Below, in pieces: positions 45,663 through 59,930 of a stretch of DNA of 64,000 nucleotides (its first letter is position 1; every line of letters starts with the position of its first letter). The notes under the pieces are model-generated. The model worked only from the letters and a program-made list of their open reading frames with translations, was not told the origin of the DNA and searched no databases. Source of the DNA: Paraspadella gotoi. Its lineage: Eukaryota; Animalia; Chaetognatha. The stretch spans positions 13,589,037-13,653,036 of the forward strand of contig CM119268.1 in NCBI GenBank assembly GCA_051294375.1, in the 5' to 3' direction. The position numbers and the translations under genes were made by a program.

Positions 45663-47195
45663 GACTGCCACTTGCCCGATTGTTGTAAGGAACCATTCAC
45701 AAAGCAACCAGTTGACTCACCTATTAAGAATCCATGGTTCTTTGGAGCAGGCGAGCGATCGGAGCAATCGCTTTTTCTCAGCAGCAACTTCTTCCTCTTC
45801 GTATTTTTTGAAGATGAAGTTGAAATATTCGGAAGGACCCGACGCGATTCCGTAACAATATATCTTTTTAAATAAATATAAGGCGTTGCGGATTAATAGG
45901 GATATTGTAATAGTATTTTTTTCACTTTCGTGTCGTAACGAACTTGCGCTCTGAGGTTCGGGGGCACGGGATTAGTTGCCGGATTGTCGACCCAGAGCTT
46001 GAGCTGTTTGGCGGCTTCCTCCAAGCACTCGACGCTGCCCGCGCCGCACATGAGACTGATGACGCGGGATCTCAGATAGATGTCGAGAGCCGAGTCGGTG
46101 TCGGTTCCCGTGAAGCCGAGGCGCTGGAAATATATATTAAACATTAGAGACTTTCACTCAATATATGAAAGCTTTCTCAAGGTCCGCATTATGAGGTTGA
46201 GTAACATATTCCGGTGAAAACTAATCCAAAACCTGAAAAAGATACTCGAAATCTATTTGGGACAGAAAAGGATTTCTCCTTTCTGTCCCAGTTCGCTTTC
46301 GAATAATTTTTATATTGGTTGTACCAATTTCATAAGCCAGCGATTTTTTTTAATCAAACCATTTCGTGCGCAAAACTCGACATTTAGTCTCTAACGAAAA
46401 TCTACAACCGTACATTTCCTTCAAACAGTCTCTCCCTCGAAAACTACCCCCAAACCGCCCGTCACCATACCGACCTTGTACTGCTTCTCCGCGATGCCCC
46501 GGATGTACTTCTGATAGTCGCCCAAGACGCTCGTGGTGGCGAGCATCTGACGGACGAAGGACAAGGAGTCGTAGGCGGCGGCCCAAGGGATGAAGGCGGC
46601 GTCGCCCTTAAGGAACTCGGCAGTGTCGAAGGCGACATCGTAGGAAAGGAGATTGGCGCGCGCGAGGTTGAAGGCGTCGCTGACGAGTTGGGCGCGGTTC
46701 TTCACTTCGATCAACTTTGGTTTAAAAACAAAATAGCAACGAGATGTAGCTTTGCTTTGTTAATTTAAAATTATAATGATACAATTTTAAATTTAGGTTT
46801 TTGGAAGCTTATTAATGCATTATAAATGTATTTTTCTCTTTTGTAGTTTTATTTAGTTTTCCTGATTTTTTTTTTTTTTTTGTGAAATCACGTTCGCAAC
46901 TCACATTATAATTCGTTTCAAGTTGATTCTGGATCTGTTTCCACGTTTCCAAATCGTAGTTGACGCGATAATAACCCATTTGCTCGACGTTGCCGATGAT
47001 CCAACTGATTTTAAGGTCCGCCGAGTTCATTAAATTCCGAAAAAATGATTTTAATTTGCAACGAATTTTTGACAATTTAAACATGCCTAAGATATAAGGA
47101 AATATTCTAAGTGCAACAGAAGTATTTACAATCTTTTTCAAACACCTTTCTCAGGTGCTCGCTCTCTCTCTTCATTCCCTTTAAATTTCTCTCTC

Positions 47196-47226
<31 letters not shown>

Positions 47227-50200
47227 TCTCTCGCGTACCTGTCTTTGTTAAGTCCCTTTAAAGTGACGACATCATTCTCCGGACTCATCCACTCGATTTC
47301 CGATTCAGTCGAGTTCCACTGCATCTTGTCCTCAGTCGTGAAAGTAAAGGGGATGTGCCAACGGTAGGAGAGGCGGAGCAATTGTCGACAACTTTCGCCT
47401 GTCAACGGGTACTAAGTACTAGATCTATGACAGATCGATAGATTCGTACAAATTAAATAAATAAAAAAATAAAAAAATAATAAAAAAAATAAATAAATAA
47501 ATAAAAAATAAATAAATAAATTTAAAAAAAAATAAATAAATAAAAAATAAATAAATAAAAAAATAAATAAATTAAAAAAAATAAATAAAAAATAATTAAA
47601 TAACAAAAAAATAAATAAAAAAAAATAAAAATAAATAAATAAATAAAAAAAAATAAAAAAAAATAAAAAAATAAAAAATAAAAAATGAAATAAATAAATA
47701 AATAATTAACCGCTGTATTGAATAACAGACCTTCCCTTCCAAAAGAAATCTTTCTTGCCGAAGTTCGGCCGTGTCGTCCTTCTTTTTTACGGTCACGACG
47801 GGATACCTCAAAAATCAAGCAATGCTCTTACTAAAAAATTATTAAATAAGTTAGACAAGAAATTACAATAGCAAAAACCAATCATCGCCCCTTGACCTCA
47901 CCCCATCTGCGTCGTCCACGTTTCCATGACGACCGAGACGTTTATAGCGTTGTTGGCGGCCTCCGTCAACTTTTCCCACAGGTCGGCGCTGTCGGTGTTT
48001 TGGTATTTGAATTCCTCGAGATATTTTTGAAGACCGTTTTGAAGAGTTTCTGTGGGAATAAAGGAGGCAAATATAAATAAGCTCTCAAAAGGGGGGGGGT
48101 TAAAAACGATTCATTGACATTGCTGTTATTTTTTTTTTACTTTTTGAAAAAACTATAACATTATCATTATTATGGATTTTATTGTTGTAAGGAACGAAAC
48201 CTCTCGAGAGGAAAAAGTCCATCATTCTGATGAGGGCGGCGCCTTTGCTGTAAGAGATGGAGTCGAAGAGCTCGTTGATTTGATCCGGATTCGAAACTTC
48301 CTAATCGCAATTGGGAACCAATTTTATATATTAATTATTACTATTCTTTGCATAATTATTGATTGATTTTCCAAAAATCCGACCTGCGATATCGGATGCG
48401 ACGTGGACAGGGAATCCTCCTCCATCACAGGCTGGAGCTCTCCAGTCACGAACTGCTCCATGATGTGCCACTTTGGCTCGACCACGTCGATGCCGATGTT
48501 CTCGACGAAAGAAGCAAAGCCTTCGTTTAGCCAAAGATCGTTCCACCACTTGGGGGTTACGAGGTTGCCAAACCTGGGCGGATGAATCGATCGTAGAATA
48601 ATTATTCGATCGAACGATCGATCAATCAAATCTTTTTGTAACCATTGAATTCGAAACTCACCAGTCACCACGGACCCACTGTTAATTTGTTGGCCAATCG
48701 ATCATCACGACTCACCATTGATGCGCTAATTCGTGTGAGACGACGAGGCAGACCCGCTGTTTGTTAGCCAATGACGACTTCTTGGGATCGTAGAGCATGG
48801 CAGTTTCGCGGTAAGTAATCAGGCCCCAGTTTTCCATGGCGCCTGGGAAACGAAGGCGAATCGATAGAGATGAAATCATGTACGCAATGCTCTTTTTATA
48901 TATTTTTCTTGCAAATTTTAGTTTTAATATAAAGTAACATAATCCCAATTTAAAATCTAAGTCAATCTCTCCTAATCCTTATTCTTTAGCATTTAGTAAA
49001 AGCGAGAGATTTACCAGCGTTAAAATCGGGAACGGCGACCATATCTTGCTTCGAAAGGGGAAATTTCTGCTTGAAAAAATCCTCGAAATGCTTCAATATT
49101 TTTACGCCGGCCTGAAGGATGTCGAGAGATTTACGCGCGATTATTTTTCTGTCTTTACTTTTTTTTACTTTATTTGGTTGTAAGTATTAATTTGTGAGTT
49201 CGCTCATTTTGTCGAAATGCACTATTGCATATATACTCTTACATCCAAGGCGTACGTGGCGGTTTCGATGGCGTCAGGACGAGACCACACTCGCACCAAG
49301 GTCCCGGTTCCATCCACTTTTTTCTCTTTCGATTTGAAGTCGGAGACGACGAAGGCGACGAGGTAAGTGGACATCTTCAACGTGGGCTTGAACTTGAACT
49401 CTTTGAGTCCGCCTGCGATGTCCGTGGCCGCGCCGTCGAGTTCCGAGTTGGAGATGGCCGTGTATCTGCAATCGGAGAAAGAATAAGGAATTAAGGATAA
49501 ATACAGATTGTCTAATCGGTCGGGTGAATTTTTTTAGTTTGTACGTATTGTTACTCGGTCGTTCCTAGATATCAATAAAACAAGTTAAAACTTAACAATC
49601 CTAAGTTGACACTGCAATCTGCGAATAACATCTCAGGCATGGTACAGCGAAGAGGTTTTGTTAATCTTTGTTCTATTGGTTAATCTAATTTGCCTTTCTT
49701 AAACTCACTTTTTGTCACACTTGATTGTGATGTAGAAGACGGACTTCATGGCCGGTTCGTCCATGCACGGAAAGGCTCTCCTGGCGTCCGTAGGCTGAAA
49801 TTGCGTGGTGGCCAAGAACTGAACGGTTCCGTCCTTTCGCGTGTATTTGCTGCGATAGAACCCGGCAAGCTTGTCGTTGAGGTTGCCTTCGTAGGACATC
49901 TCGAGGGTGTAAGTGGACCCTGTTTGTTTAGACAACGACATGGTGAACCAGGATAATGAAATGAATCATCTTAACAGTAAAGATCTAAGTTAAGAAAATT
50001 ATCACTTATTACTTTGGACCTTACCACTTTTTAACTCAGTCTCTGTGGGAAGTTTGAAAAATTGTCTCTCTTCGTCGTGAATCCAATCTTTCACCGCGAC
50101 CTCTTTATTATCTTCGTCCTTCAACTTGATCGTCTTCTTGTCGATGTTGAGATCGTTAATGTGAAGAATCACTTCCGACGTTGCTTTTTTCACGCGAAGT

Positions 50201-50982
50201 TCCACCGACACGGTGCCGTCAAATTTGAATCTGTCGGGTGATAGATTTGTTTTGACTTTTGAGTTTGAGAAAGCTTTACATTCGGGGCAATCGATTCGAT
50301 TAGATATAACTAAATAAGATCATAGTTCTCACTGTTTGTCACCGTCGCTATCTTCCAAAAATGGGCGCAACGAAATTCGATAAGACACCGCCTCCAGATC
50401 CGTAGGAAGTCTAACGTCTATTGGCTCCTTAGTCGTTGGCGCCGCGGTCGGCGCGGTCGGCGTTGTTTTCGTTGGCGGCGCCTTTGTCTCTACCACCTGT
50501 TTGACCAGTTCCGGTTCCGGCTTGACGGCCCAAACGGTGACGCCGACGATGATCACCGCGGCGACGGCGACGACGACGAAGACGATGGCTTTTGTTTGAG
50601 AGATGAAGTAACCGGACTGGGCGGGCCTAGCGGGAAAAAAATGAAATTCGGTTTATTAAAGAACCGTATGGAAACTGGCGGGTTGCCGGTGATGCCCACT
50701 GGGATGTTGGCTTTGGGGGCGTCCGACCCTCAGTGACGCCTCTTAATCATCTGACCCTTCCTACCACCTACAACGCTTTACAGACGATGAGCGAGACCAC
50801 TTGGTCGCTTTGACGCCAACAGTACCGTGATTCAACTGTTCAGCGTGATTCAACTCTACTGTTCAGCGGACGATTTGTAAAAATATTGAATTTGACAGAA
50901 TAACGAACCCGATGATGGCTGTTTTGCTGGAGTTGAGCCCGTTCTCCATCTCCATCTCCTGTGGCCGTGTATTTCGAGACAT
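45149..50982 (-). CDS. M1 family membrane alanyl/glutamyl aminopeptidase (aminopeptidase N-like)
   Basis: 18 exons traced in frame. Features: type II signal anchor ([22 protein letters not shown]), Thr/Pro stalk, [61 protein letters not shown] (HEXXH-18-E), SYSKG, and ERAP1-like C-terminus ending NIDWM..VKKWL. Confidence 0.96.
50654..50822 (+). repeat. Dispersed structured element, copy C (partial), in aminopeptidase intron 1
   Basis: tatggaaac..ttgccggtgatgcccactgggat-gttggctttgggggcgtccgaccc aligns closely to 12025-12100 apart from a ~13-nt deletion. tcgcttt..gccaac is also shared. Confidence 0.8.
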
Positions 50983-52076
50983 CTTCGACGGAAGACTCTC
51001 TTTCTTCCGTCGAAAAACAAAAACAAAAATAAAAAACAAAGGACGAAACAAGAGTCGAGGAAAAAAGATGAAATTTGACGGGCGAAGTCTGACGAATGTC
51101 GAAATGACGGAGAAATGAATGCCAATGTCGTCCCTACCTTTAAATCGTGTCAGTTGATTTACGATAAAAAACAATGTTCAAAAGCTTCTTTGGCTTTAGC
51201 TTTTAAATCGAAACGTTAGCTTCCAAAACCTTTGCGACAGTCCTTGTTTAGATTTAGGGAAGCTCGATTTAAAAACCACTTTTTTTTCTGGGTTCGGGAG
51301 AAACAGTCCGTTAATTTTTTTTTTAATTTTTAATCAATTACGACGAATTTAAGAATCAAAAACTTTTCTTTCTTTTTTTTGGGTTTAAATACTACATATA
51401 ATCGTCGTCTTATTTTTTGTTTCATTCACGATTTATTCGTTTGTTTTTGTTCTAGGTCCAATGTTTTCTTGTTTGAATATCTTTTTTAAAAAAACCGTAT
51501 GTTTCCATTTATGACCAGAATCATACGAATTACTTGAAAATATACGGCCCGCTTTTGTTTAAATTAATCTATCAAAGTTAACACCCATAAATTCCTTTCA
51601 AAATAAATATTTTATAATAGTTATGTTAAATCATTCGGCAACCATTATTTTAATTAACTTTAAAAAATTCCTATTGCCAAACATCTCAATCGTCTAAAAA
51701 AAATCGTCGACCTTAAAACTTGTTATGTTCGTTTTAATCCTACAAAGAAGTTCGAATAACAAACGCGCACATTAGCGTCGTCAAGCGACCGTTTCAGTTT
51801 AAAAATCGCGCGATAGGAACATCGCTATAAAGTTCTATTTAGTGAAATCTGTTACAAAATCACGCTCACTGTACTGAACGTAAACTGAGGGGGGCGACGT
51901 TATCTCTAAAAATAAAAAGACAAAATATATAAAAAAAAAGAGAAATAATTTCCTCTTAATGGCAAAGAAGACGAGAAATTCGATTGACGTCAATTGGTCA
52001 GAGGTCATTTGACAATTTGAAGGTAAAAAATATTGGCGCAATGATTAATTTTGAAAGTGCAAAATGAAAGAGAGAT

Positions 52077-52120
<44 letters not shown>

Positions 52121-52399
52121 AAATTTAAAAAAATAGAGTGAAATAGATAGACATACTGAGAGAGAGATAGTCAGAAAGAGATAGAAAGCTAGAAAGAGGG
52201 CAATGGAGAGCGAGAGAAATAGCTTTGCGTTATCAATAAGAGGCAGAAAGTCTTATCTGGTGTCGTCAATAATGAATAGGCGCCTCAGAGCGAAGGGCTT
52301 CGGCTTTAGAACGAAGGTGAATCAGTCACGTGAAAATAAAACAAAACTAAGATAAACACGTACATGTAAACTGAACTGAGCTGTTAATTAACATTATTA

Positions 52400-52492
<93 letters not shown>

Positions 52493-52902
52493 ATTATTAT
52501 TATTAATTATTATTACATTTTAACCTCATTGTATCTTCCTCAAGTATATCCTCCGTTTACTATTGTTTTGAATATTTGTGATACGTTGTAGAAGCGTAGA
52601 ATTCTTTTGTCCTTGTTATATTTACTTTTTAAGTAGTTAATATAAAATTAATTAAATTAAATCAACGACTTAATTTTTTGTGATGAGGATTACCAAAGTA
52701 GTCTGACTCACTAACTCTTATTTTAAATGCAAATTAGCGATCGATTACATTTAGCGTAATATATTCAAATAGTATAACACAATTAACAAGTAATCTAAGC
52801 GGAAATTATTTGCGATCGGGCGTATTCGATCATTCATTCATAAGTTTACCTATTTGATTTATTTATTCATTCACTCCGATACTCATTCAATTCATAATTT
52901 GA

Positions 52903-53373
52903 TCAATCAATCACATCTTTCAAAAGTAAGAAATCAAGCAATCCAACCGGCAGAGGCAATCGACCAACCCCGTCAGATTCCTCCACATGCCCAGCACCAA
53001 CCCTCGCTGCCGCCACCAGCCCTACCCTTGCCCCCAACTCTCGGCGGACGACGACCCTGACAAGATCCTGAAGCCGCATCGGCGCATCCGTCAACGCTTT
53101 CGTCCACCGGAGGGCGAGGCGTTCGTCGGAGGGAAATGCTGACGGTTGCGGATGGTCGGAGTGGTCGACTTCAAGTGGCTCGTCGACTCGAGGGAGGTCG
53201 TGACCTTCATTCTCCTCTTCTTCCCTTCCTTCTTCCTGTTCTTCTTCCTCCTTTTTCCTTTCCTCCTTTTCCTCCATTTTGGCGCGAAGTCTCGCGACGT
53301 CGATAGGACATCCGGCGAGAATAAGGAGAGGGACGGGAGACCAGACGGTGACGTCGAGGCTGGAGAGAGAGAA

Positions 53374-53468
<95 letters not shown>

Positions 53469-55841
53469 AACTAGGTTATCCTAGCTAATATACAAAATAC
53501 AAGCAATCCAAAAATTTAAATTTGAAAAAAATAACTCAACATCACGATGCAATCCTAATTCCGGAAGTACTACATCAACCCATCTCACTCAGCTCTTTAT
53601 ACCCAATGACCTTGGATTCGATCGACATCCGATCCTCACCAAAGATCGAGGGCCGATTTATCGAAGGCGTTGAGAGCGGCAGCGTCGGCGCCCCACCGAA
53701 GCAGCTCTTCGACGCAGCGACGCAGCCGCACCGGCCGGTGGTCGTCGGGCCACTCCGACGCCCGGGCGAAGAGGGAGAGAAGGGGAGTTCCGAAGTCGGA
53801 CCAGTTCTTGGAGGAGAGTTGTGCAAGGGCGGAGGAAGAGGGGGAGGAGGAAGAGGAGGAAGACAACAACAAACGGAGAATCTCCACGTTTCCGTCCCAA
53901 GTCGCGTGATGGATGGGAAGGCAGAAGCGCTTGTCGGCGGCCAAAACGTCGGCTCCTAGAAACGATCAGAAAATCATTTTAACGATCAATCAAGTCGTGA
54001 TTAAAAAGCTAATTCAATCCCGATTTCAACTAATGATTAATAATAATAATTAATAATCAACTAATGATTAAAAAGCCCATTCAATCCCGATTTCAACTAA
54101 TGATTAATAATAATAATTAATAATCAACTAATGATTAAAAAGCCAATTCAATCCCGATTTCCTCTTTTTTTCAAAGTTGAGTCTATGTTAAAGTTTCTTC
54201 CGAGAAACGGGGCCGGCCACGAGCCACCATGGAGATATTGATTTCGCCCGGATGTAATGCTGACAATGAAAAACAACATCCCACAAACAGCTTTTCCACG
54301 ATTTCACTTTTATTCCAAAATGTAGTAGTACACGGGATAGTCTTTAGTTTCAAGAAAAAAAAATGATACGAGAGAGTTGGCAGAAAAACTCGGTTTTGAT
54401 AAAAAGAAATAAAAACATCGGGAAAGATTTGAAGAAAAAAAAACTGCGAAGAACTCGGATTTCTTTTTATGAGAAGAGAGAAAATGAATGAATTTGTTTC
54501 TCCCGGGACAAGATTTCGAATTTTGACGAGAAAGAGAGAAAAGTTTTTTTTTACTCGATTCGATAATGCGGCCTTCCAAATAGTTTGATTTTTGTTTAAT
54601 TGTACATTGTAGTTTAGAGAAGGCAGATAGAAAGTTTATTTTCAAGATTGAGGATCAACAAAAAAGAAATCATTATCACCACAAGAACAAAGTATTACCA
54701 ACAGCTTCCAAGTCATTATGCGCATCTGAAGTCCGTAATAAATTCGCATTTCAATAACAGAAAACAAAGCACCGACGCACCTGCATCTAGCAGCATCTCC
54801 ACGGCGGCGACGTCTCCGCATTTGACGGCCAGATGCAAGGGTCTGAAGGAATAGCAATCCTTCGTGTTGATCAAATCGGTCAACGTCGACGCTGCCCCCG
54901 CCGCTCGCAGCAGCATGGCTAGGCAGGGATGGGTCTCCTCACCCACCGACGCCGCAGCAGATCCGAACGCTCCCCCGGCATTCAGCGTCTCGTGGAAAGC
55001 GTAGCTTAGCGGAGTTCGTCCTAGCTGATCCCGTATGTCGAGACGGGCGCCGTGCCGCAAGAGTACTTCAGTTACATACGGATTTTCGTGATGCACGGAG
55101 ACGTGAAGCGCAGTTCGTCCGTCCCACATCCGGGCGTTGACTTTTGTTTGTCAGGGAAAAAAGAAATACCATTATTTAATATTATTTATACCAAAGACGA
55201 CGAAAGGGGACTTTTTCATCCCAAATTTGTTTTAACCCCAACCCCCACCTGCCTGCATCCCTGCCGGAAGTGAAAGGAGAAACTCAGCCACTGGCGCCGT
55301 CTTTGGCCAAAGTTCAGAGTCCAACTGAAAACACAAACAATGGAGCAACGTCATGTTTTTGGGCAGCGCCGCCGCGTAGTAGTCGTCGGCGATTGCGCCG
55401 TAGACAAAAGACAATTCCGCGCCTGATATATTTTTAATTAATAAATGAATAGATTTTTTTAAAAAAATTAATATTTAAATGTAAAGAAAAGCCAAGTATC
55501 TCTCTTTTCTCTCACCCATCTTAAACCTTTACCCATATCCAGTACGAAGAAGCGCACCACCTCCAGATGCCCGTGGAAGGCGGCCCAGGGAACGGGTCCC
55601 CACTTGTAGGCGTTGTTGAGGCGGTCGAGCGCGACCGCACCCGAGACGGCACAATCGGCGCACGCGCAATAGCTCGCCGCGTTGGCCGCCATCATCAGAG
55701 GAGTCCATCCTCTCTCGTCGGGCTCGTCGATGTCCCGCCGCTGTGGGGGGGGGGGGAGGGCGGGAATTTGTCACATCATTAGTTTTATCATCATCAACGT
55801 CGTCATGATGGTCGTCGTTGTTATACTTTTCGTCATCATAA

Positions 55842-55912
<71 letters not shown>

Positions 55913-55995
55913 TCTCTTTTAAAGGCCTTTAAGGGCCTAACTTAGTGCCTAAAGCCCCACTCCAATGTTCAATGTTTCTCTCTCTCTTCTACATC

Positions 55996-56054
<59 letters not shown>

Positions 56055-56610
56055 CTCCTTCACTCACCCGCGCTCACCCCTTTCCCCTCGGCAGCATCAA
56101 GGAAAGCGTCAAAGGCTTCGTTGAAGGCGAGTTTCGCCGCCAACCCGATCGGCGTCCCAAATTCTCGCCAGGCCAACGCGTCGTCGTGCTGCTCCAACGT
56201 CAGACTGACGGCCTCCAAATCGCGATTCCTAAGAACGGAGGCCCGGAGGGGTTTGGGATATCCAATTGTCCATTATCCATTGTCTTTTTAGTTTATACTC
56301 AATTGAATGGTGACGATGCGGCCGCGTCGGCCACTTTAGGTCGCCCTAACGATCGAGGCATCGCTTTTCGTCCAAGATTTAACCCTGTTACCCTCGATTT
56401 TTACAAGAGAGTCATTTGCAGTCTACTTTCTCCCTGCCATCTCCGCCTTACCATTTTTCCCCCTCTCCCTTACCTGATCGACTGAAAGAGGGCGGCTTGC
56501 GTCTCCTGCGGAACTCGGCTGTACTTTTGTTGGTGAGGGAGCTGAGAGGACTTGGGGTAAGTTTTGTATTCGAAATCGAAACCTTCTTCGTCGGGAGATC
56601 GCGAGTTCAT
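52903..56610 (-). CDS. Ankyrin repeat and SOCS box (ASB-like) protein
   Basis: Exons with ankyrin motifs (ALFQSIRNRDLEAV, RGWTPLMMAA, AAFHGHLEVVRFFV, DGRTALHVSV..VTEVLLRHGA, GRTPLSYA, RPLHLAVKCGDVAAVEMLLDAGADV, PIHHATWDGNVEILRLLL). C-terminal SOCS box PMRLQDLVRVVVRRELG..LPLPVGLLDFL. Confidence 0.88.
53998..54161. repeat. 67-bp tandem repeat, about 2.4 copies
   Basis: Unit restarts (ttaaaaag) at 54001, 54068 and 54135; intronic. Confidence 0.9.
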
Positions 56611-57320
56611 GTTTTGGTTCTTGGCGCACAGTTGTACAACATAGAATTGTGTTATAAATATGAACCTTTTTCCAATTTCAAAAATAATCGATACGTATAG
56701 TAAAGTTATTAAGTTTATCTGAATTACTGTGGGAAAGCGATTAACCGAACGACAGGACAAGGATATGCAAATTAAAAAAATGACAAATTTTCTACATTGA
56801 GAGGATCACGATATGCAAGAGGTAAAAAATGAACACTTTCCAAAGTTCGGCTCGAAATGATGGGCTCGATACTCAATGAATTTATATTGATGAGTGAGAA
56901 TAAAAAGTTACATATATGGCAATCATTGAAAACAATGTCATATCATAAATCATCGGCAAACTATGCAAATTATGTATTCGTACGATAAATGTATTATTAA
57001 ATATTTCAAACTTAAGATTAAGTTTTCGAGGTGAATTAGCTGATAATATTTCATTATGCTTTCGGTTATTGCACTTCAACTATCATCAGTTCTTATATGC
57101 ATAACTTATAAGCGACCAGGTAACTTTGCCAAAGTGGGCTGTACCGTCTTCAAATTTGTCTGGAAACTGGTCATACCCTGATGAGCACCTATTATTCGCA
57201 ATTTCGTCATCGTCATCATGTTCATCCTTGCTTTTTTTCTCTGTCAACCCCGACACCTCCAATCATCGTCCGTCATCACCTTCCTACTTTACCCTGCCAC
57301 GCCCACCCCGTGCCCCCTTG

Positions 57321-58269
57321 TCAATTTCCGACTCTCTTCATGTACTCGACGAGCATTCGCTGGGAGATTTGGACGGCGAGATCCTCCTGCGGCGACTCTG
57401 GGGGTTTGATGAAGTCGAACCGTTTGATCCGCTGGAGTTGAAGATGAAGTTGAGTGGTGGCGGAGAAGATGACCTGTAGCGATATCCTTCAATTGAATCT
57501 TGTTAATTTAAAATGAAATTGGTACGAACAATTTAGAAATCATTCATTGATTCGATAAACAAGCTTTCTTGCCCCTGAATTACAATATAATATAAAAACA
57601 TAGAAAAGACCTTGCAAGCTTTCAATCAAGACTCTCTGTCTGATTTAGTAATTCCCAGATTGCTTATCTTCGTTTCGATATGAATGAAGTGATATATTAT
57701 TTTTAACTGTTTCAATTTCAAGGACCAGTCCCTAAAGAATTTTTTTATTATTCTTGTTATTTAGTAAAGGAAGCACCATTTGTTCCTCACAAAACGAGGC
57801 ATACAATTGTTAATTTGGCAAGTGATTTCCTATATGTCACAGGACTTGAGTTACGAGGTCACCGAGTATTTTTTAATTTAAACCCGCCCGAGAACGTTGA
57901 AATACTTCGATCCTTGTTCCCTTTTCGTTCTTCCTCGACCATTCACCTGGCAGGCCTGTTCGTGAGTCATGTGATCGTCGAGCGGAACTCCGTTGACGCT
58001 GATGATGACGTCATCTACCTGGACGCCGGAAGTGGCGGCGATTCCGTTGGGAACAACCTTTGGGTTTTCGTTGAGTTCAAGAGGTTTGTTTATTGTAAAC
58101 GTTACAATTATTTGTCTTCCCTTCCACCCGCCCGTGGTCACACCCCCAAAAAATTCACCCGCTCGACGGTGAAGGTGCGTCCGTGATCCGCTCCACCGAT
58201 CATCCTGAATCCCCAGGGAATCACGCGCGAGTCTCTCCGCAACGTCGCGTCCAGAATCAGCAGCGACAT
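57321..58269 (-). CDS. Small PDZ-domain protein (ALP/Enigma/Zasp-type PDZ)
   Basis: Exons 58269-58159, 58057-57947 and 57473-57321 encode PWGFRMIGGADHGRTFTVER-VVPNGIAATSGVQVDDVIISVNG..MTHEQACQVI. No LIM domain is seen and the 3' end is uncertain. Confidence 0.8.
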
Positions 58270-59285
58270 CGGAGTTTCACTGCATCACGTGGCGGCGCTG
58301 TCTGTGAAAGATCACCGAATCGTAGGAGTAGAGAGACGCGTGCATCGTTGATGAGGAGAGTCAAGTTGTTGGGTGTGATTCACGCGATGATTCACAGCGT
58401 TGTCGAACGATCACTGATTCACAAGTGTGGTCATTGAGTGAAACATTGCAAGGCACGATAGTTTTTTAAATCGATTTTCTTTTTAATTCGTCAGCATTGC
58501 AGGTTTTTTGTTCCAACGAAACAACCATCTGGTAAGATTGTTCGCGACGTTACATTGAAACGAGGCTGACTTGGTTGGCGTTGCTCAAAGGAAGAGGGCG
58601 CTTGTGATTGCTCTCGTCAATCGTCGCTGGTGGAAGAAAGCGACTCCGCGGTTTCGTTTCCATGATTCGAATTTGCGAACGATTAGACAGAGAAGCAATT
58701 CGCCTTAAGAACGTTCACATTTTGTCTTGTTCATTTCGAACGTCTTAATGGATGATTTCGTAGTTAAAAAAAAAAAAAACTTTATTGTAAATTTAGTGTT
58801 AAAAATAGAATTAGATATTTTTATTTACAAGTCTGACATAAAACAGAAGAAAACAATATTTATAGCTTTCATAAAAGTTTAATTCAAATTCAAAAACTGA
58901 AAGGGAAGAAAAATAATATTATTTTGACGGGAAAAGAGATAATTTAGGCAAAACTAGATCGACGCGAAATGGCAAACCGCTGTTCAGACGAAAACGCAGC
59001 TTGGCGCGAGAGCGAGAGACTGCGAAGGATCATTCAAATGGAGGGTCAACTTGGCCGTCAAAACATAAGACTGGTTTTCTGAAAAGTTAATTTTGTCCCG
59101 AAGCGGATTTTGTTCAGTTTCCGTGATAGTTCCTCAGAAATTAATTCCACAGAATGTTACGAGGATAAACAGGAAAATGAACGGTCACTGGAGAGAGATA
59201 ATGAAAAAAGCAGTGAAATAAAAAGATTTAAAAAAAAAAAAACGTAATCAAGAAGACTACTCGACGACGACGACGACGACGACGA

Positions 59286-59321
<36 letters not shown>

Positions 59322-59432
59322 ACGACGACGACGACGACGACCGACGACGACGAGAAAAAATGATGGGGATGATGATTTCTATGATAGATCGTCCGGCGGT
59401 TCGGCAGGGGAGATGAGATTGCACGAGCTAGG

Positions 59433-59516
<84 letters not shown>

Positions 59517-59739
59517 ATATGATCCCTTGATCTAGAGATTGGCGTTTAAAAAATACAATTGTCGAGAATTAAAAGCAGCGTTCATTTGTTGCTAATATTT
59601 TTATTCCGTTTAGGATCAGGAGACTAATAAACGAACGATTGAAGGAACGCTCAAACATACGAAATGATTTTTGGACCGAAAAAAAGGGTTGTTTTTTTTC
59701 GGATCGCGTAATTCGAAGACCGTCTGAAAAATCAAAGTG

Positions 59740-59835
<96 letters not shown>

Positions 59836-59930
59836 GTGAAAAATGGGGAGTGAGAGAAAAATATGTGAGAGACGAATTGAATTTTTAATCTTCGACCAGT
59901 GTGGCTGCCATGAAGGATGAGGGTGAATTG

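Noticed and set aside
48662-48678. 17-nt micro-exon (aacag|TGGGTCCGTGGTGACTG|gtgagt) in the aminopeptidase HEXXH intron
   Set aside because: It would shift the frame and leave a 37-nt upstream intron. Direct splicing already gives the conserved HQWFGN.
53522-53959. Long plus-strand ORFs antisense to GC-rich exons (also 49690-49956, 35000-35242, 62530-62862)
   Set aside because: Shadow ORFs caused by codon bias of the minus-strand genes; no independent motifs.
57036-57092. Minus-strand CTGATGA-tagtt..aacc-GAAA hammerhead candidate
   Set aside because: Stem II has a mismatched closing pair and no stem I partner can be formed.
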